Counted from the whole stretch's first letter, positions 12,634 through 25,585 are shown. The stretch is DNA of 62,523 bases, filler included, from Chiloscyllium plagiosum (GCF_004010195.1; 5 parts of one record of this genome joined end to end with filler, not necessarily neighbours in it); one strand, 5' to 3'. The notes: generated by a model from the letters alone, not told the origin. Numbers and translations are program-made.

Positions 12634-14119
12634 AACAAAAACTTCCAGCTCGGCGAACAGAACCACAACAACAAGCAGCCGAGCTACAAATCTTCGCACA
12701 AACTTTGAGGACAGGAAATGTTCTGGTGGTGCTTGGGCAAGACCTTCCTTAGATTGGCTTGATTGAAGTCGCCAGTTACAATAAATAGGGCCTTGGGGTG
12801 TTCTATCTCCAGGATGTTAGTGGTGGAGTACAGCAAATCCAGAGCTTCCTCAACCTTTGCTTGTGGTGGTATGCACACAGCAGTTAGTATAGCAGCGGTA
12901 AATTCCTGTGGTGGATATAAGGGGTGGCATTTGATGGTGAGGAATTCACCATCATTTATAGTAATATTAACAGTAAGCCCAAGGTATAAAATTATTCTTC
13001 AGTCTGTATTTTGGCTTATTACAATTTTCTTTTGGTTTTGAAATATGATCGAATACATTTCTACTAAACTATGGGTTAGATTAGAAATTTTCAAGCGTTA
13101 GTTCATGTGTTTGTAAGTATCTTGGTGAATTAGTTGAAGTCAGCCCAAAATAACACTGGCAATAAATTGATGCAATCATGTTAGTATTTGTATGAAAAGG
13201 TCAACTGACCTGCTGATAACAATAAGTCTACTGTGTGTTATAAGGACTTCATGCCTGAGGTTAAATCGCCATTGTCTGGCTCCCCTTTCTATCTATCCCT
13301 GATCATTATTAGGCCTGACAGAGTGTTGCATACCGATTATGAACCAACCGTTCTCTCCCAAGCACTGTGACTGGTGTAAATTTCCAGTGCTTCTTGAGTT
13401 TTAAAAGAAGTGTTCAGTAGCAATGTTAACATTGCAATGGGTTTAAACATTAAATTGTAAAACTCTCAAGCAAAATTAGTCCACTATGTAGAAGCAATAT
13501 ATAAAAATACAGCAATGAAATGCATGAAGAAGCTCCATGATGGTACAGTAGGGCAATGGAGATGTGGCACCACAAGCATGACTGAATAGGTACAGTGAGA
13601 TCATATTGAATCATCATGGAGAAAAACATGTAGTTAGCTACTACATTGTAGATAAAAATATCCACTCAGTTTTGTAGTCAATGAGTGCAATCCTGAAAAC
13701 ACTGAGAAATACATTTGTGTTCCTCCCCAACACTAGTTTCATCCTCTCAGTTATCACAATGTTCTTGATCAGTGAAGGGCACATCCTGAAAATATCAGTA
13801 GTAAGATGGCAATGAAAACTAGATATAAGTGTATCTAGATGCAACCTAGTTGCTTTGTTTTGTACTGAGTTTTAAATCAGTATTGCTACCTGCTCTTTAA
13901 GTATGGAATATCTCTGAGCTTGGATGTCTGCAATTGTGCCTGAAACGGTTTGTTCTTTATCTCAGAGTAAGGCTTTTCAACACCTAAAGAACTTTAACAT
14001 ACCTTTATTTAAAATTGTACATGTAAGTTATCAAATATAACCTTTTCCTGTGGTGTCTAAAATTTGTCTCTTCACATCTTCATTCTAGATTGGTATCTTC
14101 TCTCCTGCTGCTGTCAGTC

Positions 14120-14470
14120 ATTTTTAAAAATGTTTTCATGGTATGCAGGCAAAGCCAGCATTTATGAGCCATCCCCAATTGCCTACAGGGCTGTTAAAAG
14201 TCAACCATGCCGCTGTGGGTCTAGAGTTACATATCGGTCAGACCAGGTAAGGACAGCAGGTATCTTTCTCTAAAGGACATTACTGAACCAGATGGGTCTT
14301 ACAATAATTGTTAGTGGTTACATGATTGCCCTTAGTCTGTCTTTCTTTTATTCCAGATTTACATCAAATTAAAAAACTTATCCATTTGCTGTGGATTGGA
14401 TTTAAACACTTGTCACCAAAACATTAACCTGGGATTTGGAAGGACTAGTCGAGTGACATCATGACTGCAT
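14120..14470 (-). mobile_element. tRNA-derived SINE, probably DeuSINE (SacSINE1-like), old copy
   Basis: Reverse-complement homology to 25232-25585. Confidence 0.6.
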
Positions 14471-16079
14471 CTCTTCCTGCCTCCCATCACATGGTCAATT
14501 ACATCAAAATGGTTTAAGTGAATACTATTAAACCACAGACTGACCTCCCTTCCAAATTATAATGTGAGTAAAGGACCAGTAATGTCCTAGTAGTAATGTC
14601 TAAAGTAATGACTTGCATTGTAAAACAATTAGAAAAAAAGAAATGGCCTGGCATTATTATTCTTGTAAAGCATTTATGTGAAATGGAATTTGGGTGTTGA
14701 TGGGTTGAGGTGCAAGGGAAAGAGTTTTGGCTACGCAAGATATCTCTATTTCTAGCTGACTGGTAAGACTAACTATATAGGAATGCTATGACACATAATA
14801 CACTTCAAAGTCACAGTAAAAATACTGGAATGCACTGACTCATTTCCTTTCACTGAAAATCACCATATTAGCAATGTTGCTGTTATTTCAGCTCTACTGT
14901 AACATGAAGAACATGTACAATTCAATCTGTAATGTAGCATTGAAATACACTCACCAGGTCATATATTATGTGCTCTTTCCTCCTATGACATTTAGAGCAC
15001 AGTAATTATGGAGCAGCATGACCCATTGAGCAAATTCCATTTGTCTGCAGAGCAATGATTGGGAGTTTTTAAACAGTCTAATCACCCTGGCCAATTTAAC
15101 TCGTCTGGCACAATAGAAGCAGTATTACTCATCAAACTTCATAAGTTAAGACTTGTGTTAGCCTCTTAATTATTACAGCAACTTGTAGATTCTATTGATC
15201 AAAATGTTTTGGCAAAATGATGACAGCAGTAGAACTGACTGTTCTGTGTTCAGATACTGAGTATAAGTCTGGCAGAATACAATTAATTAGATGTCTATAT
15301 CGTAGTTGAATCTGTGGTTATAATAGCAATGTAAACTATAACCTGCTATTTTTCATCAGAAATGTACTTATTTGAATTAGGGAGTTGGATTTTGTAATTA
15401 ATTGCAAATAATTTCCGTGCCTGTCAAGCCACAGTGGGCATTTGTAATGTGTTCTGAATGAAGTAATTTCCCCGAGCCATTTCAAGTAAAATATACTCTT
15501 TTGCTGCAGTAACGGTTAAAATACACTAAGTGGCACTCACAGTAATGTTTTCTTCTGAGACCTATGCTAAGCATAATTTCTATTCATAATTCTTCAATTA
15601 ACTGTACTTTGGTAATTCTGGAAATTATGATAAAGCTCGACAGCCTAATATCTTAGAAAAAAAATCAATGGAAACTGATCCCTTCATCACCAAGTATAAG
15701 TTAACCTAATAAATGTTCGTCTCAGAAGATATGGCTCTACATATGAAGTCCAATCAAATTTGTCGAAGTATTTTTTGTATTGAGGACATTGCTGTAATAT
15801 ACATATTATGACATTTATACCAATGTTTCCTGGAAAGAACATTTTGTCAGTAAGTTTAATCACAATTAGGTAACAAACTGTAAGTACCAAAAACAAGGCA
15901 CTTTGCAAAACAAAATGACCATGGATATCATAAGAGAATTTAATTTTGTGTTTATACCAAGGAACAAAAGATTTTTTCTAATATTGCAGCAAATACATTT
16001 TGGATTTTGCCAGTTTAACAAAGTAAAATGTTATAAAAGGAAACCCAAAATTAATTCAATGTGAGTATCAAACCTGTCA

Positions 16080-16415
16080 AAGAGATGCACAGCATGGAAA
16101 CAGACCCTTCGGTCCAAACTGTCCATGCCGACCAGATATTCCAACCCAATCTAGTCCCACCTGCCAGCACCTGGCCCATATCCCTCCAAACCCTTCCTAT
16201 TCATATACCCATCCAAATGCCTCTTAAATGTTGCAATTGTACCAGCCTCCACCACCTCCTCTGGTAGCTCATTCCATACACGTACCATCCTCTGTGTGAA
16301 AACGTTGCCCCTTAGGTCTCTTTTATATCTTTCCTCTCTCACCCGAAACCTATGCCCTCTAGTTCTGGACTCCCCGACCCCAGGGAAAAGACTTTGTCTA
16401 TTTATTCTATCCATG
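16080..16415 (-). mobile_element. CR1 LINE 3' end
   Basis: SRTRGHRFRVR..RGNVFTQRMVRVWNELPEEVV..FKRHLD plus 3'UTR. Confidence 0.9.
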
Positions 16416-16856
16416 CAGGGCACAGACACAACAAGGTATGCTGTGCATTCGTATTCAGTTAGAGTGTGACCTTTGTTTTTCTCAGCTAACCTGTAGAACA
16501 GTGACAGACACATAACATAGCATACTTATAAACGGATCTCCCTTCAAACTTATCACTACCACTGATTATTGATCTTCTTGTACTTCCCCATCATATGCAA
16601 TTACGTAGGATGGCATTCCAACTGACCTGAAAAAGAACAGAAATTAAACTATGAGATCAATTCCTCAGCTGACAAAATTCCAAATGTTACAAATTAGAAA
16701 ATGTTTAAAGTGGTAAGAATGTACAAAAGTTAAAGTATGCTGAGTTATAAATGTGGAATTGCTTTGATCTTTCAAAACCTATATATTGATTGTGCACCAA
16801 AACTAAAATATAAGCTTTATGATTTTATATTATTCAGAGACTGCCATAATGATATA

Positions 16857-17054
16857 CAAGTGTCCTCCCGTATCCACAGGTGATACAGCCCAAGAGCTAC
16901 CGTGGATGTCTGAAACTGCAGAAACAAGTGAACCCTATCATTTAACTGGGAAATTTACCTCCCCTGCGGCAATGGTAAACTGGGGATAACTGAAAGCACG
17001 GATAAAGAATCCATGGATATGTGGATTGGGGGGGCAGCGGAGTGGATTACACTG
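16857..17054. mobile_element. Tigger/pogo-like MITE (MER2-like), flanked by TA
   Basis: TA|CAAGTGTCCTCCCGTATCCAC...GTGGATTACACTG|TA, with imperfect inverted ends and MER2-like internal motifs (resemblance from memory). Confidence 0.5.
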
Positions 17055-17584
17055 TAGTTCTGTAATTAGCTGTACCTATCGAAATCAGCAAAATATATGT
17101 ATACTTTGAGATGTATATGGCAGTACATTGTACAGTTTGACATGTCATTGTATTCTGGAGATATATTAATGACTAAAAGATATTTAATTTATTCATTTTT
17201 TTACTGAAATATGAAGGAATTTTAAGAGAACTAAGATGTTTCCTTTGACATGGTGTCTATGACTGCACCAAGTTTAAAACATAGCATATGTGTAACTGGC
17301 CTTGTACTGTGAATTACACACATTTTCTGGGCACTTGTCCAGGAGAATGACATCAAATTTAATGTCTGCTAAATTAAGGAATTAATGTTGTAGCAACCAA
17401 TGATTGCTTAGGAACTGAAATCAGGTCAGTTAGTGACAGATAAACACTGGACTGGATTGAGTTTGTATTCCTGAACATCATCAGCATTTCCTCTGCTATA
17501 CACTTATTAAAATTTTGATTAACTGAAGGTTTGGCAGTGTTCAGTAACATTTTTGAGTCCTCAGAACTGAAGCAGTACATTCTC

Positions 17585-18010
17585 ACATGAAGAAAGACCT
17601 GGAAAACATTCAGACTTGGGCTAATCAGAGGCAATTAACTGTCATGTCACAGCAGCAACCTGCATTAACTATCTCCAACATTAGAGAATCTAATTGTGTT
17701 CCTTTGACATTGAATTGCAGTACCATCACTGAATCCCTGGCCATTGATATCATATGGATTCCTATTGACCAGAAAAAGAGTTAGAATTCTGTAGCAAACA
17801 GCTGAATCCTCTAAGTGACATTAAGCACTCAAATGCCTGGATGAGTGCAACTCACATGATACTGAAGAGTCTTGACACAATGAACTTGATCAGCACCCCA
17901 TCTACCACCTTATATATTCACTCATTCCACTACCAAGACTGAGAGGTAGGAGTGTGTAGTATATGGAAGATTGATGAACAGGTGGTTATCTCAAAATCAT
18001 CATGGCAGCA
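17585..18010 (+). mobile_element. Old CR1/L2-group LINE fragment
   Basis: DLENIQTWANQRQLT, a post-RT motif; heavily degenerate. Confidence 0.55.
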
Positions 18011-19599
18011 GGTGCCAAACTATGATAATAATAAAAATTGCATGGTTGTGCAATATTTTTACATTTCAATTTTTAGTAGCAGTCCAAAACAGCCTTGTGT
18101 ATTGTTGTAGACTGTTAGTAATATGAAATTGAAATATAAACATAATAAAAATTGCACAATTTTGCTCATTTTAGTCGACAATAATTGCAAAGCATTGCAA
18201 AATATGTCTCCTTAATTTACAGAGCAAAGCATAAAGTTCTACTGCATTTTGCATTAAAGTTTATAGATAATTACCACCTGATTGACTTCAGTAAATTATA
18301 AATTGTTTACATACTCTTTACAAGGTTTATAAAGGAAGGGCTCAGACTTTTATGGAATAATGTTTTTTTCCTCCTTTATTCCATCACAGTTATGTTCATG
18401 TGGTTGTGGAAAGAGACAGTGGCAATGAAAGGTAAAATTCAAGAACTGCCTCAAGAAGCTTTTTCTACCTTTTAAGAAGAGAACGTACATTCAGTTGTTT
18501 GATTGTGTCAAAGTAGCTTCAGAGCATGTTAACTGAGATCAGTTTCAGTGTTGGTTTCTGGACATTTCTGAACTTGTTCACAGGCTGGTTGGTAAATCTA
18601 ACATTCCTAACAGAAATTGCATATTCAACAAAGGGTCTTGCATAACTATCTAACATACTGAATACACCAGCTTGAGATATGTTATGATGCTTGAGAAGAC
18701 ATTATATGTAGACTTCCCATTGTTTCTTAAGCATTTCACACATTTAATAATTCTATTTGAGATCATATAGAATATAGATATAGGTTTACATCACTAAACC
18801 TCCTTCAATGCACCTTCCAAACCTCTATACCTATGGGAACACTACCAGATGCAATTTGACTTCTAAGCCACACACGTTCCTGACTTGGAACCATGTTACT
18901 GTTCCTTCACAATTGCTGAGTCAAGAACCTGGATCTCCCGTCTGAACGGCACTCTGGGTGCATCTGTATCTGATCACCTGCTACAATTTAGGAAGTCAGC
19001 TCATTACCATCTTGCTTACATAAGATTCAAGATTAATGGAGGAAAAAATCCAGGAAGGGTTCAGTTTAAATGAAAGTCTCCATTACTGAAATTCAAGAGT
19101 GATATGGCTGAAGCTAAATATTATTGGTTCGAGTTTAAAAGTAAGAAGGAACTGCTACTCTAATGAAGGAAAGGGAAAGGCATATAGCCAATTAGCACAT
19201 CAAACAGAAAGAATATGGCTATAATAACAGGTGAAAGTTTAAAAAAAATTATTTTCTCCAAACTAATGTGAGTAATGCTACAAAAAATCCACCAACACAG
19301 CATTAAAAATCTTAAGCATAGTCAATATCTTCCTAATAGACTTTCTTGTCATACTTTCCCTGTTGCATTTTGCTGATAATGACCCCAAAAGCTACAGGAA
19401 ACAAAGCAAAAAAAACTCGCCAACTTCATTTTGACAAGATTTCTAGCAACAAGAGTGAGATTAATAGTATCAAGAGAAATTTTTTAAAATAATTTTTTCA
19501 TGAAATACAGGCACTGCTGGCAAGGCCAGCATTTTTTGGTTGTCCCTAATTACTATTGAACTAAATGGCTTGCCAGAACAGAACATGGTTAAGAGTATT

Positions 19600-19913
19600 A
19601 TCCCGGGGGTGGGGGAGTCCAGAATTAGAGGCCATAGGTTTAGGGTGAGAGGGGAAAAATGTAAAAGAGATCTAAGGGGCAACTTTTTCACACTGAGGGT
19701 GGTACGTGTATGGAATGAGCTGCCAGAGGAAGTGGTGGAGGCTAGTACAATTGCGGCATTTAAAAGACATTTGGATGGGTATATGAATAGGAAGAGTTTG
19801 TAGGGATATGGGCTGGGTGGTACTAGATTGCTTTGGGATATCTGGTCAGCATGGACGGGTTGGACCAAAGGGTCTGTTTCTGTGCTGTACATCTCTATGA
19901 CTCTATGACTCTA
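19600..19913 (+). mobile_element. CR1 LINE 3' end with (CTCTATGA)n tail
   Basis: RIRGHRFRVRG..RGNFFTLRVVRVWNELP followed by the octamer tail. Confidence 0.9.
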
Positions 19914-19963
19914 ATAGGATGAAATACCAAATAACATACTTGTAACTAGCCACTGATTCACAG

Positions 19964-20232
19964 AGATTAGATTAGATTTCCGACAGTGTGGAAAAAGACC
20001 ATTTGGCCAAACAAGTCCACACCAACCCTCTGAAGAGTAACTCACCCAGACGCATCTGACTAATGCATCTAACATTATGGGCCATGTAGCATGGCCAATT
20101 CGCCTGACCTGCACATCTTTGGACTGTGGGATGAAATCGGAGCACCCAGAGGAAAACCATGCAGACACGGGAGAATGTGCACACAGACAGTCGCCCGAGA
20201 CTGGAATCGGTGAGGCAGCGGTGCTAACTGTG
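19964..20232 (-). mobile_element. HE1-like V-SINE
   Basis: V-domain core and (TCTAA)n tail on the minus strand. Confidence 0.85.
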
Positions 20233-20511
20233 GTTAAGCCAAATTCTAAGTCTTATGACATGCCTTTCCTCAATTTGTACCAATATTCAAATAATTAAGT
20301 CTCGTGCTTGCCTAATTTTTATTTAAAAATTTAAAGCAATAGCTTTATTAATATTATACATTTTATAAACAGTACATAACTTGTATTCTTTACATTTTTT
20401 CAAGCATATAAGATATAACGAGATAGGAAATGTGTACACGGTTGGAAGAGCATTATTGAACCATATGGTTCAGTCATCTTGAAGTGGATTTAGGTTCTAA
20501 TAGCATTGGTG

Positions 20512-21831
20512 AGCCGCCTCCGGAATTTTAATTTTGTTCCCTTTCAGGGGGTAAAAAAGCGGGCCCTGTACAGACTGCTGCTGCACACCGTCCACCTCTT
20601 CTCCCTCATCCACCGTCCGGACACGCCTTGGCGTGCCCATTTGCCACCGGGTGGTGGGGATCCCCAGTGGAGGGCTCTCTACGCGGGAGTCCTCCCCCTT
20701 TCTCTCGGGGATCTGGGGTGGAGGGTGCTGCACGCAGCAGTCCCCTGCAACCGCAGGTTGCGGTGGTTCACGGACTCCCAGCCAAACTGCTTATTCTGTG
20801 GCGCTGTGGAGTCCGTGGACCACGTGTATATTGGGTGTGGGCATTTGCATTCCCTTTTTGATTTTGTTAAAAACCTCCTCTTCTGCGTCCCCTGCAACCG
20901 CAGGTTGCGGTGGTTCACGGACTCCCAGCCCAACTGCTTGTTCTGTGGCGCTGTGGAGTCCGTGGACCATGTATATATTGGGTGTGGGCATTTGCAGTCC
21001 CTTTTTGATTTTCTTAAAAACCTCCTCTTCTGTTTTTGGTTGCACTTCAGTCCCACGCTCCTGATCTTCGGGCACACGGAGGAGGGAGGGCAGGTCTAAA
21101 GATTGGTGGGCGGCACGGTGGCACAGTGGTTAGCACTGCTGCCTCACAGGACCAGAGACCTGGGTTCAATTCCCGCCTCAGGCAAAGATGTGCAGGTCAG
21201 GTGAATTGGCCATACTAAATTGGCTAAATTGCCCATAGTAAGGGGTAAATGTAGGGGTATGGGTGGGTTGCGCTTCGGCGGAGCGGTGTGGACTTGTTGG
21301 GCCGAAGGGCCTGTTTCCACTCTGTAAGTAATCTAATCTAAAAACCTCCTCGTGGGTCTGCTCCTGGGCCTGACCAAACTGGCCATAAACAGGTCGAGGC
21401 AGCGGGCCGTGGAGGGAGTCGTTAGAGCCGACGGCCTGCCCCTCTTCCGCGGTTACATTAGGGCCCGGGTGTCCTTGGAGAAGGAGCACGTGGTGTCCAC
21501 CAAAACCCTGGAGTTGTTCAGGGAGAGGTGGGCGCTGCAGGGAGTGGAGTGCATCATTTCTCCCTCCAACTCTGTTTTGATTTATTCCCTGCCCTCCCCT
21601 TAACTGTTTGATCACACAGCATTGCCCTTTGATGTGAAGGGCAGTACTTGTCACTGGCCACGCGGGTGTTTTCCTTTCTTCCTGGTGGTGGAAATTGAAT
21701 AAAGATTCGTGCACTTTGTGACTCTCACTGTGTCTCACACCTGCACACACACACCATGGGTGCTGGGGAAAAAAATAAGCACTACAGCAGTTAGGCGGTA
21801 GTGTGGGGGTTTTAAAAAAAAAGGAAAAAAA
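20512..21831 (+). mobile_element. 5'-truncated L1/Tx1-clade LINE (zf-RVT C-terminus, 3'UTR, poly-A) with 13-bp TSD
   Basis: ORF reads LGDLGWRVLHAAVPCN..CLFCGAVESVDHVYIGC, with AATAAA at ~21698 and an A-rich tail. TSD AATAGCATTGGTG at 20499-20511 / 21832-21844. Confidence 0.9.
21108..21340 (+). mobile_element. HE1-like V-SINE (internally deleted) nested in the Tx1 element
   Basis: tRNA-like head GGCACGGTGGCACAGTGGTTAGCAC..GGTTCAATTCCC and TAATC tail; it splits the Tx1 ORF. Confidence 0.88.
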
Positions 21832-22369
21832 AATAGCATTGGTGGGAGGATCTTGGAGTTTAGATCATTCTGGGATGTCTAGTTGTCTAAAAGCAGCAAC
21901 AACTTTAAGTAAATAAAACTATGCAAAATAAATAATACTTATGCATGGCCAATAAAATTACTTGGTGAAAAATAAAATTAACATTTGATATACTGACTCT
22001 AAATTCCTTATTTCCTGAAACATGATTAAGAATAAATATTAAATACTCATACTTTTTAATATTAGCCTTTAGAAACCAGCATTTGAAATGTCTCTGTCTC
22101 ATTTCATATAAGAAAAGGTATTGAATGATTCTTTGCTTTGGATTCTCCCATTTGTCCCAACTACCAATGCCAAAGAAATAAGATAAATTTTCTGATGACT
22201 CACTAACATGCTGAACGAGTTTGAGGCAGAAACAGTTGGCATGCCTGGAATTTCCTTACAGCTGTTTCCCTGAAGTGTTCTCTCTATGTTCCTAATTTCA
22301 ATTCAAACTCCTGTTGGCAATTTAAAATCAGAAACACTGAGGAAAATAAACTCAGGGAGAGGAAATAGA

Positions 22370-22656
22370 TGAACATAGAATATAGAACATAGAAGAGTAC
22401 AGCGCAGTCCAGGCCCTTCGGCCCTCGATGTTGCGCCGATCCAAGCCCACCTACCCTACACTAGCCCACTATCCTCCATATGCCTATCCAATGCCCGCTT
22501 AAATGCCCATAATGAGGGAGAGTCCACCACTGCTACTGGCAGGGCATTCCATGAACTCACGACTCGCTGAGTAAAGAACCTACCCCTAACATCTGCCCTA
22601 TACCTACCCCCCCTTAATTTAAAGCTATGCCCACTTGTAATAGCTGACTCCATACG
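22370..22656 (-). mobile_element. CR1/HER1 LINE 3' end at the contig edge
   Basis: ORF 22456..22653 is nearly identical to 5532..5729. Confidence 0.9.
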
Positions 22657-22756
22657 NNNNNNNNNNNNNNNNNNNNNNNNNNNNNNNNNNNNNNNNNNNN
22701 TTAATTAATTAANNNNNNNNNNNNNNNNNNNNNNNNNNNNNNNNNNNNNNNNNNNN
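22657..22756. other. Artificial contig linker (44N-TTAATTAATTAA-44N)
   Basis: Identical 100-bp six-frame-stop spacer occurring four times. Confidence 0.98.
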
Positions 22757-23103
22757 GTGTGTGTGTGTGTGTGTGTAGTGCAATGGTGATCACCTGTAAT
22801 GTGACATGAACCCAAGGTCCCGGTTGAGGCCCTCCTGATAGGTACCGAACTTAGCTATCAGCCTCTGCTCGGCCACTTTCCTCTGCTTAACAGACAATCA
22901 ATTTTTCAATGTATAATTTCAGTTACATCACACTGCAAATTTTGCTACAAATTCTGTGTTACAATCGAGCCCTCCACAATCACCTGATGAAGGAGCGTCG
23001 CTCCGAAAGCTAGTGTGCTTCCAATTAAACCTGTTAGACTATAACCTGGTGTTGTGTGATTTTTAAACTTTGTACACCCCAGTCCAACACCAGCATCTCC
23101 AAA
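22757..23103 (+). mobile_element. Penelope-like element end (family A) with (GT)n
   Basis: Inverted homolog of 33876-34448; contains a hammerhead. Confidence 0.8.
22981..23015 (+). ncRNA. Minimal type-I hammerhead ribozyme (family A)
   Basis: CAC-CUGAUGA-A-GGAGC-GUC-GCUCC-GAAA-GC-UA-GUG: perfect 5-bp stem II, with stem I CAC/GUG. Confidence 0.83.
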
Positions 23104-23436
23104 TCTTTATTACAGAGAGCACTGTGTAACAAAAAAGACATTCAGCAAGCAAAGTGAATGACACCCAGGATCACTCCAAGTATTGGAACATGCTGATTTA
23201 GTTTTTAAAATCTTAACACAGTTATCTGCTCTGCACTTTTTCAGTGAAGGCTAATATTAAAAAGGCAAAATATAATTAGAAGATTTGTTATTATCCAAAA
23301 TCAAGTGAATTCATCTTAATAGTTCGCTCCTGTCACCACTGCTGACAAAGCAATGTTGGTGAAACTGGGTCAACCACAGCAGCAGAAGACCTCCCTCCAT
23401 CCCCAAACAGAAGATCAAAACAAGTCTATCTCATAC

Positions 23437-23908
23437 AGTCATAGAGCTGTACAGCATGCAAACAGACCCTTCAGTCCAATCCATTCATGCTGACCATATA
23501 GCCTAACCGAATCTAGTCCCATTTGCCAGCATATCCCTTAAACCCCTCCTATTCATATACCCATCAAGATGCCTTTAAAATCTTGTAATTGTACCAGCCT
23601 TTATCACTTCCTCTGGCAGCTCATTCCATACACACACCACGCTCGGTGTGAAAACGTTGCCCCATAGTCCTTTTTAAATCTTTCCCGTCTCACCTTAAAC
23701 CTATGCCCTCTAGTTCTGGACCTCCCTGCCCTGGGGAAAAGACCTTGGCTACTCATCCTACCTGTGCCCCTCATGATTTTATAAGCCTCTATAAGGTCAC
23801 CCCTCAGCCTGACACTCCAGGAAAAATAGCCTCAGCCTATTCAGCTTCTCCCTATAGCTCAAACCATCCAATCCTGGCAACATTCTTGTAAATCTTTTCT
23901 GAACCCTG
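23437..23908 (-). mobile_element. CR1 LINE 3' end
   Basis: Homologous to 16080-16415. Confidence 0.85.
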
Positions 23909-23911
23909 TTT

Positions 23912-24322
23912 TTTGTTGTGGTTCTGTTTGCCGAGCTGGGAATTTGTGTTGCAGACGTTTCGTCCCCTGTCTAGGTGACATCCTCAGTGCTTGGGAGCCT
24001 CCTGTGAAGCGCTTCTGTGATATTTCCTCCTGCATTTATAGTGGTTTGTCTCTGCCGCTTCCGGTTGTCAGTTCCAGCTGTCCGCTGCAGTGGCCGGTAT
24101 ATTGAATCCAGGTCGATGTGTTTGTTGATAGAATCTGTGGATGAGTGCCATGCCTCTAGGAATTCCCTGGCTGTTCTCGGTTTGGCTTGTCCTATAATAG
24201 TAGCGTTGTCCCAGTTGCTTGTCATCTACGTCTGTGGTTACTAAGGATAGCTGGTTGTGTCGTTTCGTGGCTAGTTGGTGTTCATGGATATGGATCGTTA
24301 GCTGTCTCCCTGTTTGTCCTAC
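23912..24322 (-). mobile_element. Penelope-like element 3' end (family C)
   Basis: GQTGRQLTIHIHEH..AREFLEAWHSSTDSINKH; close homolog of 12067-12490. Confidence 0.9.
23951..23990 (-). ncRNA. Minimal type-I hammerhead ribozyme (family C, GUC triplet)
   Basis: GCA-CUGAGGA-U-GUCACCU-AGAC-AGGGGAC-GAAA-CG-UC-UGC. Confidence 0.87.
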
Positions 24323-25231
24323 AGGACCTCCCCTCAGTGAAGAAAAATTGCTTCTTTTAAACTCCACTTAGTTTTTTGAAATTGATTGTATATTTGGGAA
24401 ATTGCTTTCAATTTTAAAAATTGAGTTATGTAGCATTGAAACTAATTATTCATCCAAGTGCATCTAAAGCAGAATTGAACACTTGTAAACTCTTAGTCAT
24501 GAATTTTCTTTTACCACCATCAGAAAGTTTAGACAGGTCCCCAGTTTCAGCTAACTATAAAATATTACCTGAAAATATTTCAATAGCTATGTATAATGGG
24601 GAACTTCTCAAAAAACTTAATAAAAATCGTATCATTTAGGTAAAGAGACCAAATAATTTGGATTTTATTTGATTTGGTTACCGAGTAATTGGTCACTGAG
24701 TGAATCTCCATTTAATTTTCTAACAAATTAACTGCACTATTTTTAAACAAAAACAATTGCCTTGACTGCCACAAAGAAAATAAATCTTGGATAGCTACAC
24801 GAAGTTTAAAGAAGGTATATGTTGTCATTCAATAATATTACCAGTGGATTGTATCAATTATCCTTAACCCTTGCAATTCTAGAGGAATAAGTCACAAAAC
24901 GTTTTCCTTATGATTCATTTTCTTCAATGCAGATGTTCATTATTTCACACATTACTCATATAACGTGTTAATTAAACATTTAACTATCAACTGAAATCCT
25001 TCACAATCATATCTATTTGCAAATGGCTGTAGCAATTATAATTGGAAATTACAAAGTTTAGAAAAGCTGGTTCAAGGTTTTATTGCACTATATCTTTGAT
25101 GTTTATGCATGAAAAGTGAACAAAGCTGAGGGTTTCCATTCAATTGAATTTAAAATTGAAATAAGCATAACAGTAATTTCATAATAAATAGAAAGAACAG
25201 CTGTCATTCATGTTTTAATATTACATTAAGG

Positions 25232-25585
25232 GGACGTGATGGCCTAGTGGTACTACCCTTGGACTATTAATCTGGAGATCGCAGATAATTAATACTCTGG
25301 GGACCAACCTGGGTTTGAATCCTTTCATCACAGATGGTGGAATTTGAACTCAACAAAAATAAATCTGAAATAAGAAGTCTAATGATTATCATGAAGCCAT
25401 TGTTGTCAGAAACGTTCCATCTGGTTCACTAACATCCTTTAAGGAAGGATACTACCATTCTGGTCTTGCCCACATGTGACTCCAGATCCACAAAAATGTG
25501 GTTGACCTTCAAATTCCTATGAGCAATTGGGGATGGGCAATGAATGCTGACCTAGCCAGCGATGCCACATTCTATGAATGAATAA
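25232..25585 (+). mobile_element. tRNA-derived SINE, probably DeuSINE (SacSINE1-like)
   Basis: A-box TGGCCTAGTGG and B-box-like GGTTTGAATCC, with a central domain and GAAT tail shared with 14120-14470 and 35040-35410. The family name is from memory. Confidence 0.65.

Larger units (their letters stand above)
12067..12710 (-). mobile_element. Young Penelope-like insertion (family C) with inverted terminal repeats and a GIY-YIG C-terminus
   Basis: ORF reads NVVYKIPCKDCTKHYIGQTGRQLTIRIHEH..REFLEAWHS..INKH. Inverted arms of 124 bp at 12067-12190 / 12547-12670. TSD ACAGGAAATGTT at 12059-12070 / 12711-12722. Confidence 0.93.
10281..12945 (-). mobile_element. Rex1/Babar-type LINE, decayed (APE + RT + C-terminal DUF1891-like)
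   Basis: Fragments: FIVTGDFNQANL (EN), LDYCYT..HFGKSDH, GPDGVPGRALRACADQLA..IIPVPKK..LNDYCPVAL..DPLQFAYR (RT), and QQCLFFLRQLRKF..FYRCAIKSILSGC. Confidence 0.88.

Noticed and set aside
16560..16650. Minus-strand acceptor followed by SVGMPSYVIAYDGEVQEDQ* as a terminal exon
   Set aside because: It matches nothing I recognise in ROR2, NFIL3 or AUH, and no partner exon was found.
22701..22712. Recurrent TTAATTAATTAA palindrome as a biological motif
   Set aside because: It is a synthetic six-frame stop spacer centred in N runs.
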